NCBI GenBank assembly: GCA_002687175.1
Contig: NYZP01000001.1
Location: 78,236 to 142,235 of the forward strand
From: Parcubacteria group bacterium
GTDB lineage: Bacteria; Patescibacteriota; Patescibacteriia; Buchananbacterales; UBA6539
Length of the DNA: 64,000 nt
Reading direction: 5' to 3'
Part shown: positions 51,213 to 61,208 of the stretch, in pieces
Layout of the letters: each line of letters starts with the position of its first letter
Position numbering within the stretch: the stretch's first letter is position 1
The notes under the pieces: generated by a model
Database searches by the model: none
What the model saw: the letters and a program-made list of their open reading frames with translations, nothing else
What the model was told of the DNA's origin: nothing
Position numbers and translations under genes: made by a program

Positions 51213-51591
51213 AAACTTTTTTTTGTGATGAGATAAAGAAAAATTCTAAAGCCGTCAAAATTAATATCAATAATAATATATTCCACCACCGTAATAAACC
51301 CTGACTCCTTAAAAATAACCAACCAATAATTAAAGTGGAAAATAAAATGGCTTGACGAATAGATGTTTTTAATCGTGAATAAACTAACTGTCGTCTAAAA
51401 AGTCTCGCTTTGATCGTATCGCTAATTATAAAAATTATACCGCTTAAAGTTAAAAAAAAGCTTAGATAAAATAAACTAAAGCCAAAAAAATTTGTATATT
51501 CTGGATCTAGATAAAAAATGATCATTGCCCAACTTAAAGAGGCAATCACCGTTCCCAGAACTATTAAAACCACGAAAACTCTCTGACTCAT
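51175..51591 (-). CDS. polytopic small membrane protein
   Basis: 138 aa with 4 predicted TM helices. Its 3' end overlaps the pheS start. Confidence 0.45.
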   Translation of the reverse strand: MSQRVFVVLIVLGTVIASLSWAMIIFYLDPEYTNFFGFSLFYLSFFLTLSGIIFIISDTIKARLFRRQLVYSRLKTSIRQAILFSTLIIGWLFLRSQGLLRWWNILLLILILTALEFFFISSQKKVYERQNPTIKGTV

Positions 51592-51650
51592 GAGTAAATT
51601 ATAACAAAATATGGTTTATTTGCCAACATTTTCTATCATAACAAACTGAT

Positions 51651-51947
51651 CTAAATGATAAATTTTAAATGTACAACTACCTTCGCTCGATAAGGACGAT
51701 TAAGCTCCTCTAAAATTATCCGTTCTTTAGTTTTAATCTTTTCCGCCAAGACTGATGACAAACAAGCCACTGACAATGTTCCATCCTCTACCATCAAGGG
51801 TTTAATCTTTTTCCTAACGGCCTCGCCAAAGATTGATTCAATAACACCATTAAATTCATCTAGAATTTTAAAAGCCTCCAGGTTTTTACTAATTCCCGCT
51901 TTTTTGATTGATTTATCTAATAAATTTTTCAGGTTGATTAAAGCCAT
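51651..51947 (-). CDS. DUF721/DciA-like protein
   Basis: Start at the internal ATG (MALINLKNLL). The pattern L..LLkk.g...kl.ea.il..w..ivGe.i...t.p..i..GtL.v matches DUF721 (YaaB/DciA). Confidence 0.5.
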   Translation of the reverse strand: MALINLKNLLDKSIKKAGISKNLEAFKILDEFNGVIESIFGEAVRKKIKPLMVEDGTLSVACLSSVLAEKIKTKERIILEELNRPYRAKVVVHLKFII

Positions 51948-51948
51948 A

Positions 51949-54900
51949 CTAAAACGCCCAATATTCACAAATATTTCTAAAATCACACCACTTGCAAAGT
52001 TGACTTGGTTTAGGTGGAAATTTTCCTTTTCTAATTTCTTGAATAGTTTTGATAATTTTTTTCTTCATCGCTTCTAAATCTTTGTCTGACCCCAGAAACG
52101 AAACTTTGTTCCCAGCTTCAACATAATAAAATGTTAAATTATTAACTTTCTCGCCTAACACCTGTTCGGCTGCTAATTGATAAATTAACAGTTGCTCCTT
52201 GTCTTCAGTTTTAAAAGTTTTTTGCGTCCGACCCTGGCCTGTCTTGTAATCAATGATTTCAATGCCATCATCAAGTTTATCAATACGATCAATCACTCCT
52301 CTAATTGAAAACTCCTGTCCGTCGGTTTCCAATTTTAGATTAAATGGTCGCTCTAAAAATTTAGGGACGGGAATATCTTTTTCAATCTCTTTATAAAATT
52401 CAGTTAAAGCCTTTTTACCTTTTTGTTTGTAGTCATCGTGATCTTTACGATTGGCATACCAATCATCAATCCAAGTATTTTCATAGATGTCTAATAACTC
52501 ATCTAAGCTCACTTGCGGTTTATCGGTATCAAGTGGTTGGTTACTAAATAAGTCAATCTGCTCGACACCAGTTTTTTGCCGAACTAAATCAAAAAATTGT
52601 TGCAGTGTGGCGTGAATTGTTTTACCAAAAGAAAAAACTGATTTACCACGAATTGGTACTCGTAAAATATGAGCAAAACGATATTGGTAAGGACAGTTCT
52701 CAAACGCCCTCAGCTGGGTAAAAGAAAACCGACTGGGAATAGCCTTTTCCAATTCTTCATCAGTAATTTCAGACCCAACTTTTTTTGTTTGTTCAATAAT
52801 TAATTCATCTTCGTTCTTAACTTCTTTTCCATCTTGGATTTTAAGGCCCATGCCAGATAACTCAGTTAAAAATTGAGATATTTTTTTTCGTCGTTGTCCG
52901 CCAACATCAGCCGCTGTGGTAAAAAATAGTCCCTGCTTGGCTCTGGTCATTGCCACGTAAAACAATCGTCGCTCTTCTTGCAAATGAACATTACCTTCTG
53001 GCAAAATTTCTTTGACCAATTTATCAGGTAACTCAATTGGATCCTTGCGATCACCGGTCGGAAAACGTCGATCAACTACGTTAACAATGAATACGTACTT
53101 AAATTCTAAACCCTTAGCTGAATGGACTGTCATAATTTTTACGCTGTCTGGCCCTTCTTCTAAATTATTTTGCAAAGCACCAGCTTCACCAGCTTCTAGC
53201 TCCAGCTCGATAAGCTCTAAAAATTGTTTAACTGATTTGTTGTCAGTAGATTTTTCAAAATCTGTTATCTTTTTATAAAACTGATTTAAATGACTTACCG
53301 CTAAAGATGACTCAACGCTATCCTCTCTAGTTAAATCCTGTAAATAGTTTGTATCTTCAAGTATCGCCACGACCACTTCACCAACTGATTTTTCAAAAAT
53401 CATTTTACTGTGTTTTTCAAGATTGCTTAAAATATTTTTAAGCTTGCCACGGGTTTCTTCCTGAGTATTTGGTAGAGCTGCCGCCTGTTTTACTGATTGA
53501 AAAATTGAAATTCCTTTACGAGATGCCCAATAATTCAGAGTATTAATATCAGAATGCTCCAGTCCAAAAACGGAAAATCCTAGAACTCGGTACATTGCCG
53601 CACTTTCTCGATAATTATCCAGTAGTTTTAAGTAGGCTAAAAGGTCTAAAATTACTCCTTTAGAATAAAGTCCTCGAGAAGCGTAAAATTGATAGGGAAT
53701 TTGAGTTTGCGATATCGCTCCGACAAAATAATTTGCTACTTCATTGGTTCTGGCCAGAATAGCAAAATCACGCCAAGATATTTTTTTATCTTTTTCTTTC
53801 AAGTCGACAATATTCTGCAAGACTCCCCTGACTTCATCATCAATGGTTTCAAAAGCTAAATGTGAAATCACTCCTTTATCTTCAGTCTGGGCTAATAATT
53901 TTTTACTAAATTTCTTGTTTTTACCACTGGCTTTCAATTTTACTTCTAGTCGATCAGGGTTGTTCTGTTGAATAAATTTATAAGACAGGTCAAGGATGCC
54001 TTGGGTAGAGCGATAATTTTTAGTTAAAAATATTTCATCAGCTTTAGGGTAGTCTTTTTTAAATTCTAAAATATTTGATACCGAAGCCCCTCGAAATTTA
54101 TAAATTGACTGATCATCGTCACCGACTACCGTAATATTATTGTTTGGCTCAGCCAGAAGTTTAACCAGTTCATATTGGGCGTAGTTAGTGTCTTGAAACT
54201 CATCAACTAAAATATATTTAAACTGCTTACGGTATTTAGCGAGTACTCCTGGGCGTTCTTTAAAAAGCTTCAAGCAGTAATTAACCAGATCGCCAAAATC
54301 CAAAGCATTGTTTTCTAACAACAACTGCTGATAAATATGGTAAGCGTTGGAAACTTCTTCGGCTTTTTTAATTTCCTGAGTCAACAGTTCCTTCTTTTCT
54401 TTTTTAGATAATGTTTTGACTTCTTCGGGATCGATAAAATTAGCAACATACTCGGCCGAGTCAATGTTGAGTTTTAAATCTTCGGCATATTTTAAATATT
54501 CCTCCGGCCCAACCACTTCATCTTTAGCTCGAGAAAACAGTTTAACCAGAGCGTGAATAAATTTAGTGGGGTTACCTAATGGCTTATAATGATCCAGGTT
54601 AAACTTGTCTAAATTTTGGCGGACTAACAGCCACTGCTGGGTTTGATTTAAAAGTTTAAAATCATTAGGAATACCAATTTCTAAAGCATGGTCCTTAAGT
54701 AATTTTTGGGCGAAGGAGTGAAAAGTGGAAATCCAAAGATCTACGTAACCCATTGGTAACAGTTTATCCACTCGTTCCTCCATTTCCCCAGCGGCTTTGT
54801 CCGTAAAAGTTAGAGCTAAAATTTGATCACCTTTAGCTTTTTTTTGTTCAATCAATAAAGCAATTCGTTGAGCAATCACAGTTGTTTTACCGGTGCCGGC

Positions 54901-54984
54901 TCCGGCCACGATCAAAAGAGGTCCTTTGTCATGGACCACGGCTTTTTTTTGTTCAGGATTTAACTTGTCCGAATAGTCAGTCAT
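51949..54984 (-). CDS. UvrD/PcrA-family helicase with a C-terminal PD-(D/E)XK (Cas4/AddB-like, Cys-containing) nuclease domain
   Basis: IVAGAGTGKTTV Walker A and UvrD motifs. C-terminal IDYKTGQ ... QLCKWCDFRNIC. Confidence 0.85.
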   Translation of the reverse strand: MTDYSDKLNPEQKKAVVHDKGPLLIVAGAGTGKTTVIAQRIALLIEQKKAKGDQILALTFTDKAAGEMEERVDKLLPMGYVDLWISTFHSFAQKLLKDHALEIGIPNDFKLLNQTQQWLLVRQNLDKFNLDHYKPLGNPTKFIHALVKLFSRAKDEVVGPEEYLKYAEDLKLNIDSAEYVANFIDPEEVKTLSKKEKKELLTQEIKKAEEVSNAYHIYQQLLLENNALDFGDLVNYCLKLFKERPGVLAKYRKQFKYILVDEFQDTNYAQYELVKLLAEPNNNITVVGDDDQSIYKFRGASVSNILEFKKDYPKADEIFLTKNYRSTQGILDLSYKFIQQNNPDRLEVKLKASGKNKKFSKKLLAQTEDKGVISHLAFETIDDEVRGVLQNIVDLKEKDKKISWRDFAILARTNEVANYFVGAISQTQIPYQFYASRGLYSKGVILDLLAYLKLLDNYRESAAMYRVLGFSVFGLEHSDINTLNYWASRKGISIFQSVKQAAALPNTQEETRGKLKNILSNLEKHSKMIFEKSVGEVVVAILEDTNYLQDLTREDSVESSLAVSHLNQFYKKITDFEKSTDNKSVKQFLELIELELEAGEAGALQNNLEEGPDSVKIMTVHSAKGLEFKYVFIVNVVDRRFPTGDRKDPIELPDKLVKEILPEGNVHLQEERRLFYVAMTRAKQGLFFTTAADVGGQRRKKISQFLTELSGMGLKIQDGKEVKNEDELIIEQTKKVGSEITDEELEKAIPSRFSFTQLRAFENCPYQYRFAHILRVPIRGKSVFSFGKTIHATLQQFFDLVRQKTGVEQIDLFSNQPLDTDKPQVSLDELLDIYENTWIDDWYANRKDHDDYKQKGKKALTEFYKEIEKDIPVPKFLERPFNLKLETDGQEFSIRGVIDRIDKLDDGIEIIDYKTGQGRTQKTFKTEDKEQLLIYQLAAEQVLGEKVNNLTFYYVEAGNKVSFLGSDKDLEAMKKKIIKTIQEIRKGKFPPKPSQLCKWCDFRNICEYWAF

Positions 54985-55102
54985 GAAGACATTTTATCAT
55001 AATTGTTTAAAGCCCGCCAAAGGCGGGTCCTCCTTCCTGATCGTCCTCTGGCGGTTGACGAAAAAAAACCCGCTCTTGATTTCTCAAAAACGGGATGGAT
55101 GA

Positions 55103-55324
55103 CTAACGAACAACTGAATTGTCAAAAGGACATTCCGGGCATTTACTGCCCCCATAACGACGGCGAGTCTGATGACAACCGTGTTTATTTGGCCGTTGAC
55201 CAAAAGGACATTTTTTCTCTTCTGTCTTAGTGGCAGCAGCCACGGCCGTGCTGGTAGCAACTGGTTTCTTAGCCGCTGCCTGTTTTTTCTTTTTATTCTT
55301 GTTTTTTGGAGAATTGTCTCCCAT
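55103..55324 (-). CDS. small basic Cys/His-rich protein (questionable)
   Basis: 73 aa, K-rich N-terminus, CPFG ... HGCH ... CPEC. High GC. It overlaps a plus-strand ORF, so the strand is uncertain. Confidence 0.25.
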   Translation of the reverse strand: MGDNSPKNKNKKKKQAAAKKPVATSTAVAAATKTEEKKCPFGQRPNKHGCHQTRRRYGGSKCPECPFDNSVVR

Positions 55325-55338
55325 AGACCCTCCTTACT

Positions 55339-56172
55339 CTAAGCCGCGATTCCCAGCTCTTCAGTCATCACTCGCTCAACCTCTTTAACCGGATCTTCAG
55401 CCCCGAGAACCTGGCGGCCCATCACTAGGTGATCAGCGCCATCATCTCTGGCTTCTCGTGGTGTGGCAACTCGTTTCTGGTCACCTTTAGCCGCCCCAGG
55501 AGAACGAACGCCTGGTACAACAAACGTCATTTCCGGGTATATCCGTTTCAACTCTTTGACTTCTTCTGGCGAACATACCAGTCCATGGGCACCAGCCTCC
55601 TTGGCGATTCTTGCCAAAGCCATGACTTGATCCCAAGGCTTACGGACGTATACTTCCTCGCAAGTTGCTTCGTCAAACGATGTAAGAACAGTAACTGCCA
55701 AAACTTTCGTTGACGTTCCCTCAAGAGTCTTAACTGCCTCCTCCATCATCGCCTTGCTTCCCGAAGCATGAACCGTTACTGCCCAAGGTTTGTGGACCCG
55801 AATTCGCTTACAGGTGTTCGCGATCGTATTCTTGATATCATGAAGCTTGAGATCCAACATCACCCTTCCATACACTGACAGGTCAGGAAGGACGTTGTCG
55901 AAACCATTGGCGAAGGCGAAGTCATTGACCTTCAGAATACAGCCGGTTGTCCGAAGTTGGTCAAGTGTCGGTAGTATCTCTTCCCAGCTTTTGCCGTCCA
56001 AGGCAACAATGATCGGATTCTTCGCTTCCGCTTCCAAAGTACAGCGCTGCATCACACCCAAATTCTGGATCAGGCAACGCCTGACATCGTGAAGGGTCAT
56101 TCCTGCCCAAACCGGCAACTTAATTCCTTCTTGGGCAAACTTCTGTTGCCAGCCTTGCTGATGGTCGGCCAA
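55339..56172 (-). CDS. pyrF: orotidine-5'-phosphate decarboxylase domain, preceded in the same frame by the C-terminal part of a PyrE domain (UMP-synthase-like arrangement). It has no ATG: the ORF starts at a TTG immediately after an in-frame TGA.
   Basis: IIVALDG, LKVNDFAF, DLKLHDIKNT, VVPGVR and ADHLVMGRQV are OMPdecase motifs. The N-terminal LADHQQGWQQKFAQEGIKL matches the PyrE C-terminal motif LVDRQEGG..EKLAEEGIKL. Confidence 0.7.
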   Translation of the reverse strand: MADHQQGWQQKFAQEGIKLPVWAGMTLHDVRRCLIQNLGVMQRCTLEAEAKNPIIVALDGKSWEEILPTLDQLRTTGCILKVNDFAFANGFDNVLPDLSVYGRVMLDLKLHDIKNTIANTCKRIRVHKPWAVTVHASGSKAMMEEAVKTLEGTSTKVLAVTVLTSFDEATCEEVYVRKPWDQVMALARIAKEAGAHGLVCSPEEVKELKRIYPEMTFVVPGVRSPGAAKGDQKRVATPREARDDGADHLVMGRQVLGAEDPVKEVERVMTEELGIAA

Positions 56173-56652
56173 TCATGGGGCTTTAACATTCAAACCCATT
56201 TCCAGGCACTCCGTGTAGGGAGCAATTTTGCTGGCGCCATCAGTGATGACATCATCCATAATGACAACTTCATCACCACTACTGGGATGACCAATTACCT
56301 TGGCCTTGGTCACCCGCCCTTCCTTGGCCTGCTCACGAATAGTCAAGTAGGGCAGGCCGGTCAACATTGAAAGCGGACCAGCAAAACAGGAAACCGAGTC
56401 AGGGACTTCAACAAACCGACTGACTCCCAATTGCCGAAGTGGTGATTCATATAAACGAGCCAGGTAATCGATCGCCTCTGAATTATCTCTGGCATCACGT
56501 TCGTTGACATAGACGTCAGTCAAACCTCCGCTCTTCACGGGTAAACCTCGACCGTTATCAAACTTCAACAGTCCCCATTCTAACATTTGGCCGATAACGC
56601 CAGCCCGCTCTTCTGGGTAGAGCCATGGTGTTTGTGGAACAGTGTGCATCAC
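56173..56652 (-). CDS. pyrE: orotate phosphoribosyltransferase domain, truncated by an in-frame TGA at 56173-56175
   Basis: LKFDNGRGLPVKSGGLTDVYVN (F.L.SG..S.yY.d) and the PRPP loop VVIMDDVITDGASK. It is in the same frame as, and contiguous with, the pyrF ORF. Confidence 0.6.
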   Translation of the reverse strand: MMHTVPQTPWLYPEERAGVIGQMLEWGLLKFDNGRGLPVKSGGLTDVYVNERDARDNSEAIDYLARLYESPLRQLGVSRFVEVPDSVSCFAGPLSMLTGLPYLTIREQAKEGRVTKAKVIGHPSSGDEVVIMDDVITDGASKIAPYTECLEMGLNVKAP

Positions 56653-56679
56653 AATTTCTCCTTTCGTCTGTTTTCTGAA

Positions 56680-57324
56680 CTAAACAGTCACACCATTAAG
56701 TTCAGCCCAATTTTCTCTCGGCCTAACGGCCTTTGAACCTTCTTTACAATAAGGACACTCTACTTCATCCCACAAGGGAAGTTCACGGTTGATCAACGAA
56801 ATGATCTTCCGACCTTCAATCTCGGTCAGTCCTGAACGATTGACCAAGACCAAAATGTAGGGCAACACCACCGCACCATTGGCAGTTAAAGCAATGATAC
56901 TGTTTTTGGTGGTAGTGCCGGTGACTAGAACATCCCCAACCATCAGGATATATTCACCTTCGGTAACGGGAAAGCGACCAACCGACATTCCTTCATCGTG
57001 AACATGCTTGACCGTAAAACCGGTCTGCTTGTTCATTTGGCGTGCCAATTCGTAAGCCAAAACAACCGCTCCCATGGCTGAGCCCCAAACAGAATTGGGA
57101 TTGACTTTGCCGTCTTGTTGTAATCGCTCAAGCAAATCACCACAAACAGTTGTGCAAACGGATGTCTCGCGAGTGACCAGACGACCGTCAAAGAACCCCC
57201 CGCTGTGCTGACCGTTATTCATCTTGGCGTGAGGCCTTTCAGAACACGCCTCTCCCGCGTACCCCCAATAAGCATGGAGTCCTACAAGATACTCAATCCA
57301 ACCCTTTTGATCCAGCATAGCCAA
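56680..57324 (-). CDS. second PyrE-like type I phosphoribosyltransferase
   Basis: HAKMNNGQHSGGFFDGRL and the PRPP loop YILMVGDVLVTGTTTK. 214 aa, high GC. Confidence 0.55.
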   Translation of the reverse strand: MAMLDQKGWIEYLVGLHAYWGYAGEACSERPHAKMNNGQHSGGFFDGRLVTRETSVCTTVCGDLLERLQQDGKVNPNSVWGSAMGAVVLAYELARQMNKQTGFTVKHVHDEGMSVGRFPVTEGEYILMVGDVLVTGTTTKNSIIALTANGAVVLPYILVLVNRSGLTEIEGRKIISLINRELPLWDEVECPYCKEGSKAVRPRENWAELNGVTV

Positions 57325-57490
57325 ATCTCCTTCAAAAATTGAACTCTAATTAAAAAATTGAAAGGAACACCCCTCCAGTAAGCAGACCTTACTAATTATT
57401 AACAGCTTTGTCAGTGTAAGTTTTGACTTATTTTAGGTAAATTAGTTTAATTTCTAAGAATAATTACTAAAATTTAGTAATGGCCAACCC

Positions 57491-57518
57491 TTGACACATT
57501 CAAATTTCCGCCTATACT
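57491..57518 (+). promoter_or_regulatory. sigma70-type promoter TTGACA-N16-TATACT upstream of the V-ATPase operon
   Basis: Consensus hexamers read directly, ~105 nt upstream of the first operon gene. Confidence 0.45.
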
Positions 57519-57623
57519 AAAATTATGTGTTTTTAGCAATATTTTAGCTAAAATAAGCTAAAATTTACTCAAACTAAATATTAAATTTACAAAAATTTTT
57601 TTGTTTTAAAAACATTTAAAAAT

Positions 57624-57929
57624 ATGAATACTTTGGATCAAATCAAACAAACTGAAAATCAAGCTCAAAAAAATATTGAGCAAGCCAATAAGGACATTGA
57701 AAAACAAATTAATGATACTGGCATTAAAGGTGAGAACTCGCTTCAGGATTCGGAAAATCAACTGTCCAGCCAAATTGCCGAAGTAATTGGCCAAGCTAAA
57801 CAAGAAATTCAAACATTAAAATCAGCTAATGAACGTGACAAAAAAGATCAATTGCAAAAGCTGAGTGATATTGACAATAAAACTCTTGATCAAGCCGCCA
57901 AGGAAGTTATTAAGAATATAACTACCTAA
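57624..57929 (+). CDS. V/A-type ATPase peripheral stalk subunit G/H-like coiled-coil protein
   Basis: 101 aa, Q/K/E-rich all-helical. First gene of the operon, as in ntpF/atpG. Confidence 0.45.
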   Translation: MNTLDQIKQTENQAQKNIEQANKDIEKQINDTGIKGENSLQDSENQLSSQIAEVIGQAKQEIQTLKSANERDKKDQLQKLSDIDNKTLDQAAKEVIKNITT

Positions 57930-58048
57930 AATTTCTAAAGTCTAATTCGTAATGACGAATTAAATCTCAATAGTAAAAATTAAGACATTAGACATTAGAA
58001 TTTATACATTGATTAGAAATTATTAATTAAAAATTTAAAATTTAAAAA

Positions 58049-60019
58049 ATGGCCCTAGCCGAAGTTACAAAAATAAACATCATTGGACATCAAAAACATC
58101 AAGAAGATTTTTTAGAGGTGTTACAAAATTCTGGTTTTATTCAACTTGCTGATTATTCAGACGAAAATTTGGAAAAATCGAATCTTAATGAACAAATTTC
58201 CGAAGTTGATTATAAACTGGCCGGATTAAAATTTAGTTTAAATTTTTTACAATCTTTTGAAAAAAAGAAAAGTTTATCAGAAAAAATTAATTCCAGGATT
58301 AATTTAAACATATTGGAATTAGAGACCACTGTTCATAATTTTGACCTTGAACAAAAAGTGAAAGATGTTCAAAATATTGAATCAAACATTAATCAAGCAC
58401 ATAATTTAAAAGACAAACTAACTTTAGAACTAAACCAAATTAGTCCCTGGAATAAAATAAATTTTATTCCAACGATTAATGAAAACGCAAAATACCATTT
58501 CAAATTTTTAAGTTCAAACCCAAAGGTTTTTATTAACTTACAGACAAAAATAAAGTCCAACTTTCCTCTAGTAGCTTTAGAAAAAATTGATACAATTGGT
58601 AAAGCTAAAAAAGAAGAAATTTTAAGTGTTGTATTTTTTCAACATGATGTTGAGGAAAAAATTATTGAGCTTTTAAGTAAACTGGATATTAAAATTATTG
58701 ATCTACCAAATCTTGATAAAACTGTTAACGACCGAATCAAAGAAATAAATCAAGAAATCAGTAAGGCCGATGATGACTTAGCTAAATTTAAACTACAAGC
58801 GGAAAAAGTAGCCCTCGACCAAGAAGAATTAAAAATTTCGTTTGATTATTTTACTTGGCAAAAAGAGAAATTAGTTAATCTGGCTAAAGCTGGTAATACT
58901 CAACAAACATTTTTCTTAAGCGGTTGGATTAATAAAAAATCAATCAAACCTCTAGAAAAACAACTGGACAAAATAGCTGATGATTTTGTCATTGAAGAAC
59001 AATCTATAAAAAAAGATGAAGTGGTTCCAGTTATTTTTAACAACAAACTGGCCAAAGATTTTGAATCAATTACCAGCCTCTACGGCTCGCCACAAGGTAA
59101 TGAACCTGATCCCACCCCATTTCTCGCCCCATTCTTTATTTTATTTTTTGGTATGGCAATGACTGATGCTGGCTATGGCTTAATCATGGCCTTGGGTATT
59201 TTGGCAGCTATTAAATATTTAAAAATTCCTCAAGCTAAGCAAAAACTCTTACGAGTATTAATGTGGGGTGGGGTAGCAACATTTGTTTTAGGGGCCTTAA
59301 CTGGTGGCTGGTTCAGTATTGAACTGGCAATCTTACCACCAGCTATTGCCAGTGCTTTAGGATTTTTGAAAGTGATTGATCCAATTGCTAATCCCCTTTT
59401 AATTTTCTATATTTCCTTAGGTTTAGGGGTAACTCAGGTGCTAACTGGACTGGCCATAGATACCTATTGGAAAATAAAAAGTAAACATGTTTTAAAAGCT
59501 GTCACTGGCAGTGGGGCCTGGATGTTGGCAATTATTGCTGGTCTAATTTTCGCTGGCGGGTCAATGGGAGTTTTACCGGCCGTTTTCAGTCAAGTTGGAA
59601 AATGGTTAATCTTTCTGGCGATTGGTTTAATTGTTTATGGTGGAACCAAAAATACCAAAAATGTAATTTTAAAACCAGGACTAGGAATATTATCTTTATA
59701 TGGTGCAGTTGGTTACTTCTCGGACATTCTGTCTTACTCTCGTTTGTTGGCGCTGGGACTTACCACTACCATTATTGGCACCGTGGTCAATATAATTGCT
59801 GGATTGGTATTTGCCATTCCCTACGTTGGTTGGTTAGCTTCCTTAATAATTTTAGTTGGTGGTCACTTATTCAATTTAGCAATTAATGCCTTAGGGGCTT
59901 TTATCCATTCAGCTCGTTTGCAGTTTATTGAATTTTTTCCAAAATTTTTGGAAGGTGGTGGAGAGCCATTCGAACCATTCAAAAAAGAATCTAAATATAT
60001 AAATTTAACTAATAATTAA
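58049..60019 (+). CDS. atpI: V/A-type ATPase subunit I (a)
   Basis: 656 aa. Hydrophilic N-terminal half plus a C-terminal polytopic half containing the conserved Arg in LSYSRLLALGL. Confidence 0.85.
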   Translation: MALAEVTKINIIGHQKHQEDFLEVLQNSGFIQLADYSDENLEKSNLNEQISEVDYKLAGLKFSLNFLQSFEKKKSLSEKINSRINLNILELETTVHNFDLEQKVKDVQNIESNINQAHNLKDKLTLELNQISPWNKINFIPTINENAKYHFKFLSSNPKVFINLQTKIKSNFPLVALEKIDTIGKAKKEEILSVVFFQHDVEEKIIELLSKLDIKIIDLPNLDKTVNDRIKEINQEISKADDDLAKFKLQAEKVALDQEELKISFDYFTWQKEKLVNLAKAGNTQQTFFLSGWINKKSIKPLEKQLDKIADDFVIEEQSIKKDEVVPVIFNNKLAKDFESITSLYGSPQGNEPDPTPFLAPFFILFFGMAMTDAGYGLIMALGILAAIKYLKIPQAKQKLLRVLMWGGVATFVLGALTGGWFSIELAILPPAIASALGFLKVIDPIANPLLIFYISLGLGVTQVLTGLAIDTYWKIKSKHVLKAVTGSGAWMLAIIAGLIFAGGSMGVLPAVFSQVGKWLIFLAIGLIVYGGTKNTKNVILKPGLGILSLYGAVGYFSDILSYSRLLALGLTTTIIGTVVNIIAGLVFAIPYVGWLASLIILVGGHLFNLAINALGAFIHSARLQFIEFFPKFLEGGGEPFEPFKKESKYINLTNN

Positions 60020-60502
<483 letters not shown>

Positions 60503-60629
60503 AATCAATTTTTAATTTATAATTTTGAATTTTAAATCAATTTTTAATAACTTAATTTTTAAAATTAAAAAATTTAAAATTCATTCGAAATTAAAAATTT
60601 AAAATTAATAATTCAAAATTATTAAAATT

Positions 60630-61205
60630 ATGGCTTTAGATGATATTAAAAAAGCTATTTTAGCAGAAGCTGATACTGTTGTAGAAAAGGCTAAAACTGA
60701 AGGCAATCAAAAAATTGCTAAAGTTCAAGCTGACTGGAGTAAAAAAATTGATAACAAAAAGCAAACAATTTTAGCTTCCGCCCAACGAAAAGCCAATCAA
60801 AAAGTTCAACAAACTCAGTTCAAGATTCAGGCTCAAGTACAAACCGAGGTACTTAATCAAAAACAGATACTAATTGACAAAGTATACCAATTAGCTCTAC
60901 AAAAATTAAACAACCTGGATAATGATAAATATGTTGAACTGATGGAAAAATTAATTAATAAGCTACCAGCAGACGAAGGTGAATTGATCTCGGTCAAAGA
61001 TAAAGAAAGTTTATTAGCTAAGGCCTCTCATAAAAGTAATAAAAAATTTACTGTATCAAAAGAAACAGTGAGTGGCAGTGGTGGTTTTATTTTCCGTTCA
61101 AAAGATCTAGAAATCAATGATACTTTTGCTACGTTGGTTAATAATTCTAAAGATGAAACTATTTTGTCAGTTTCTAATTTACTATTTAATGAAAATAGAG
61201 AGTAA
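60630..61205 (+). CDS. atpE: V/A-type ATPase subunit E
   Basis: 191 aa. Coiled-coil N-terminus plus a globular C-terminus, in the canonical operon position. Confidence 0.7.
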   Translation: MALDDIKKAILAEADTVVEKAKTEGNQKIAKVQADWSKKIDNKKQTILASAQRKANQKVQQTQFKIQAQVQTEVLNQKQILIDKVYQLALQKLNNLDNDKYVELMEKLINKLPADEGELISVKDKESLLAKASHKSNKKFTVSKETVSGSGGFIFRSKDLEINDTFATLVNNSKDETILSVSNLLFNENRE

Positions 61206-61208
61206 GTT

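Noticed and set aside
56089-56370. 93-aa plus-strand ORF.
   Set aside because: Antisense to the PyrE-domain coding region in high-GC DNA; spurious.
55339-56652. Idea that the in-frame TGA means the whole genome uses an alternative genetic code (code 25 Gly or code 4 Trp).
   Set aside because: All backbone housekeeping genes (gyrB, dnaE, pheT, thrS, eno, etc.) are full-length with the standard code, with no internal TGA. If recoding applies at all, it would be confined to this foreign locus. A pseudogene or a sequencing error remain simpler explanations.
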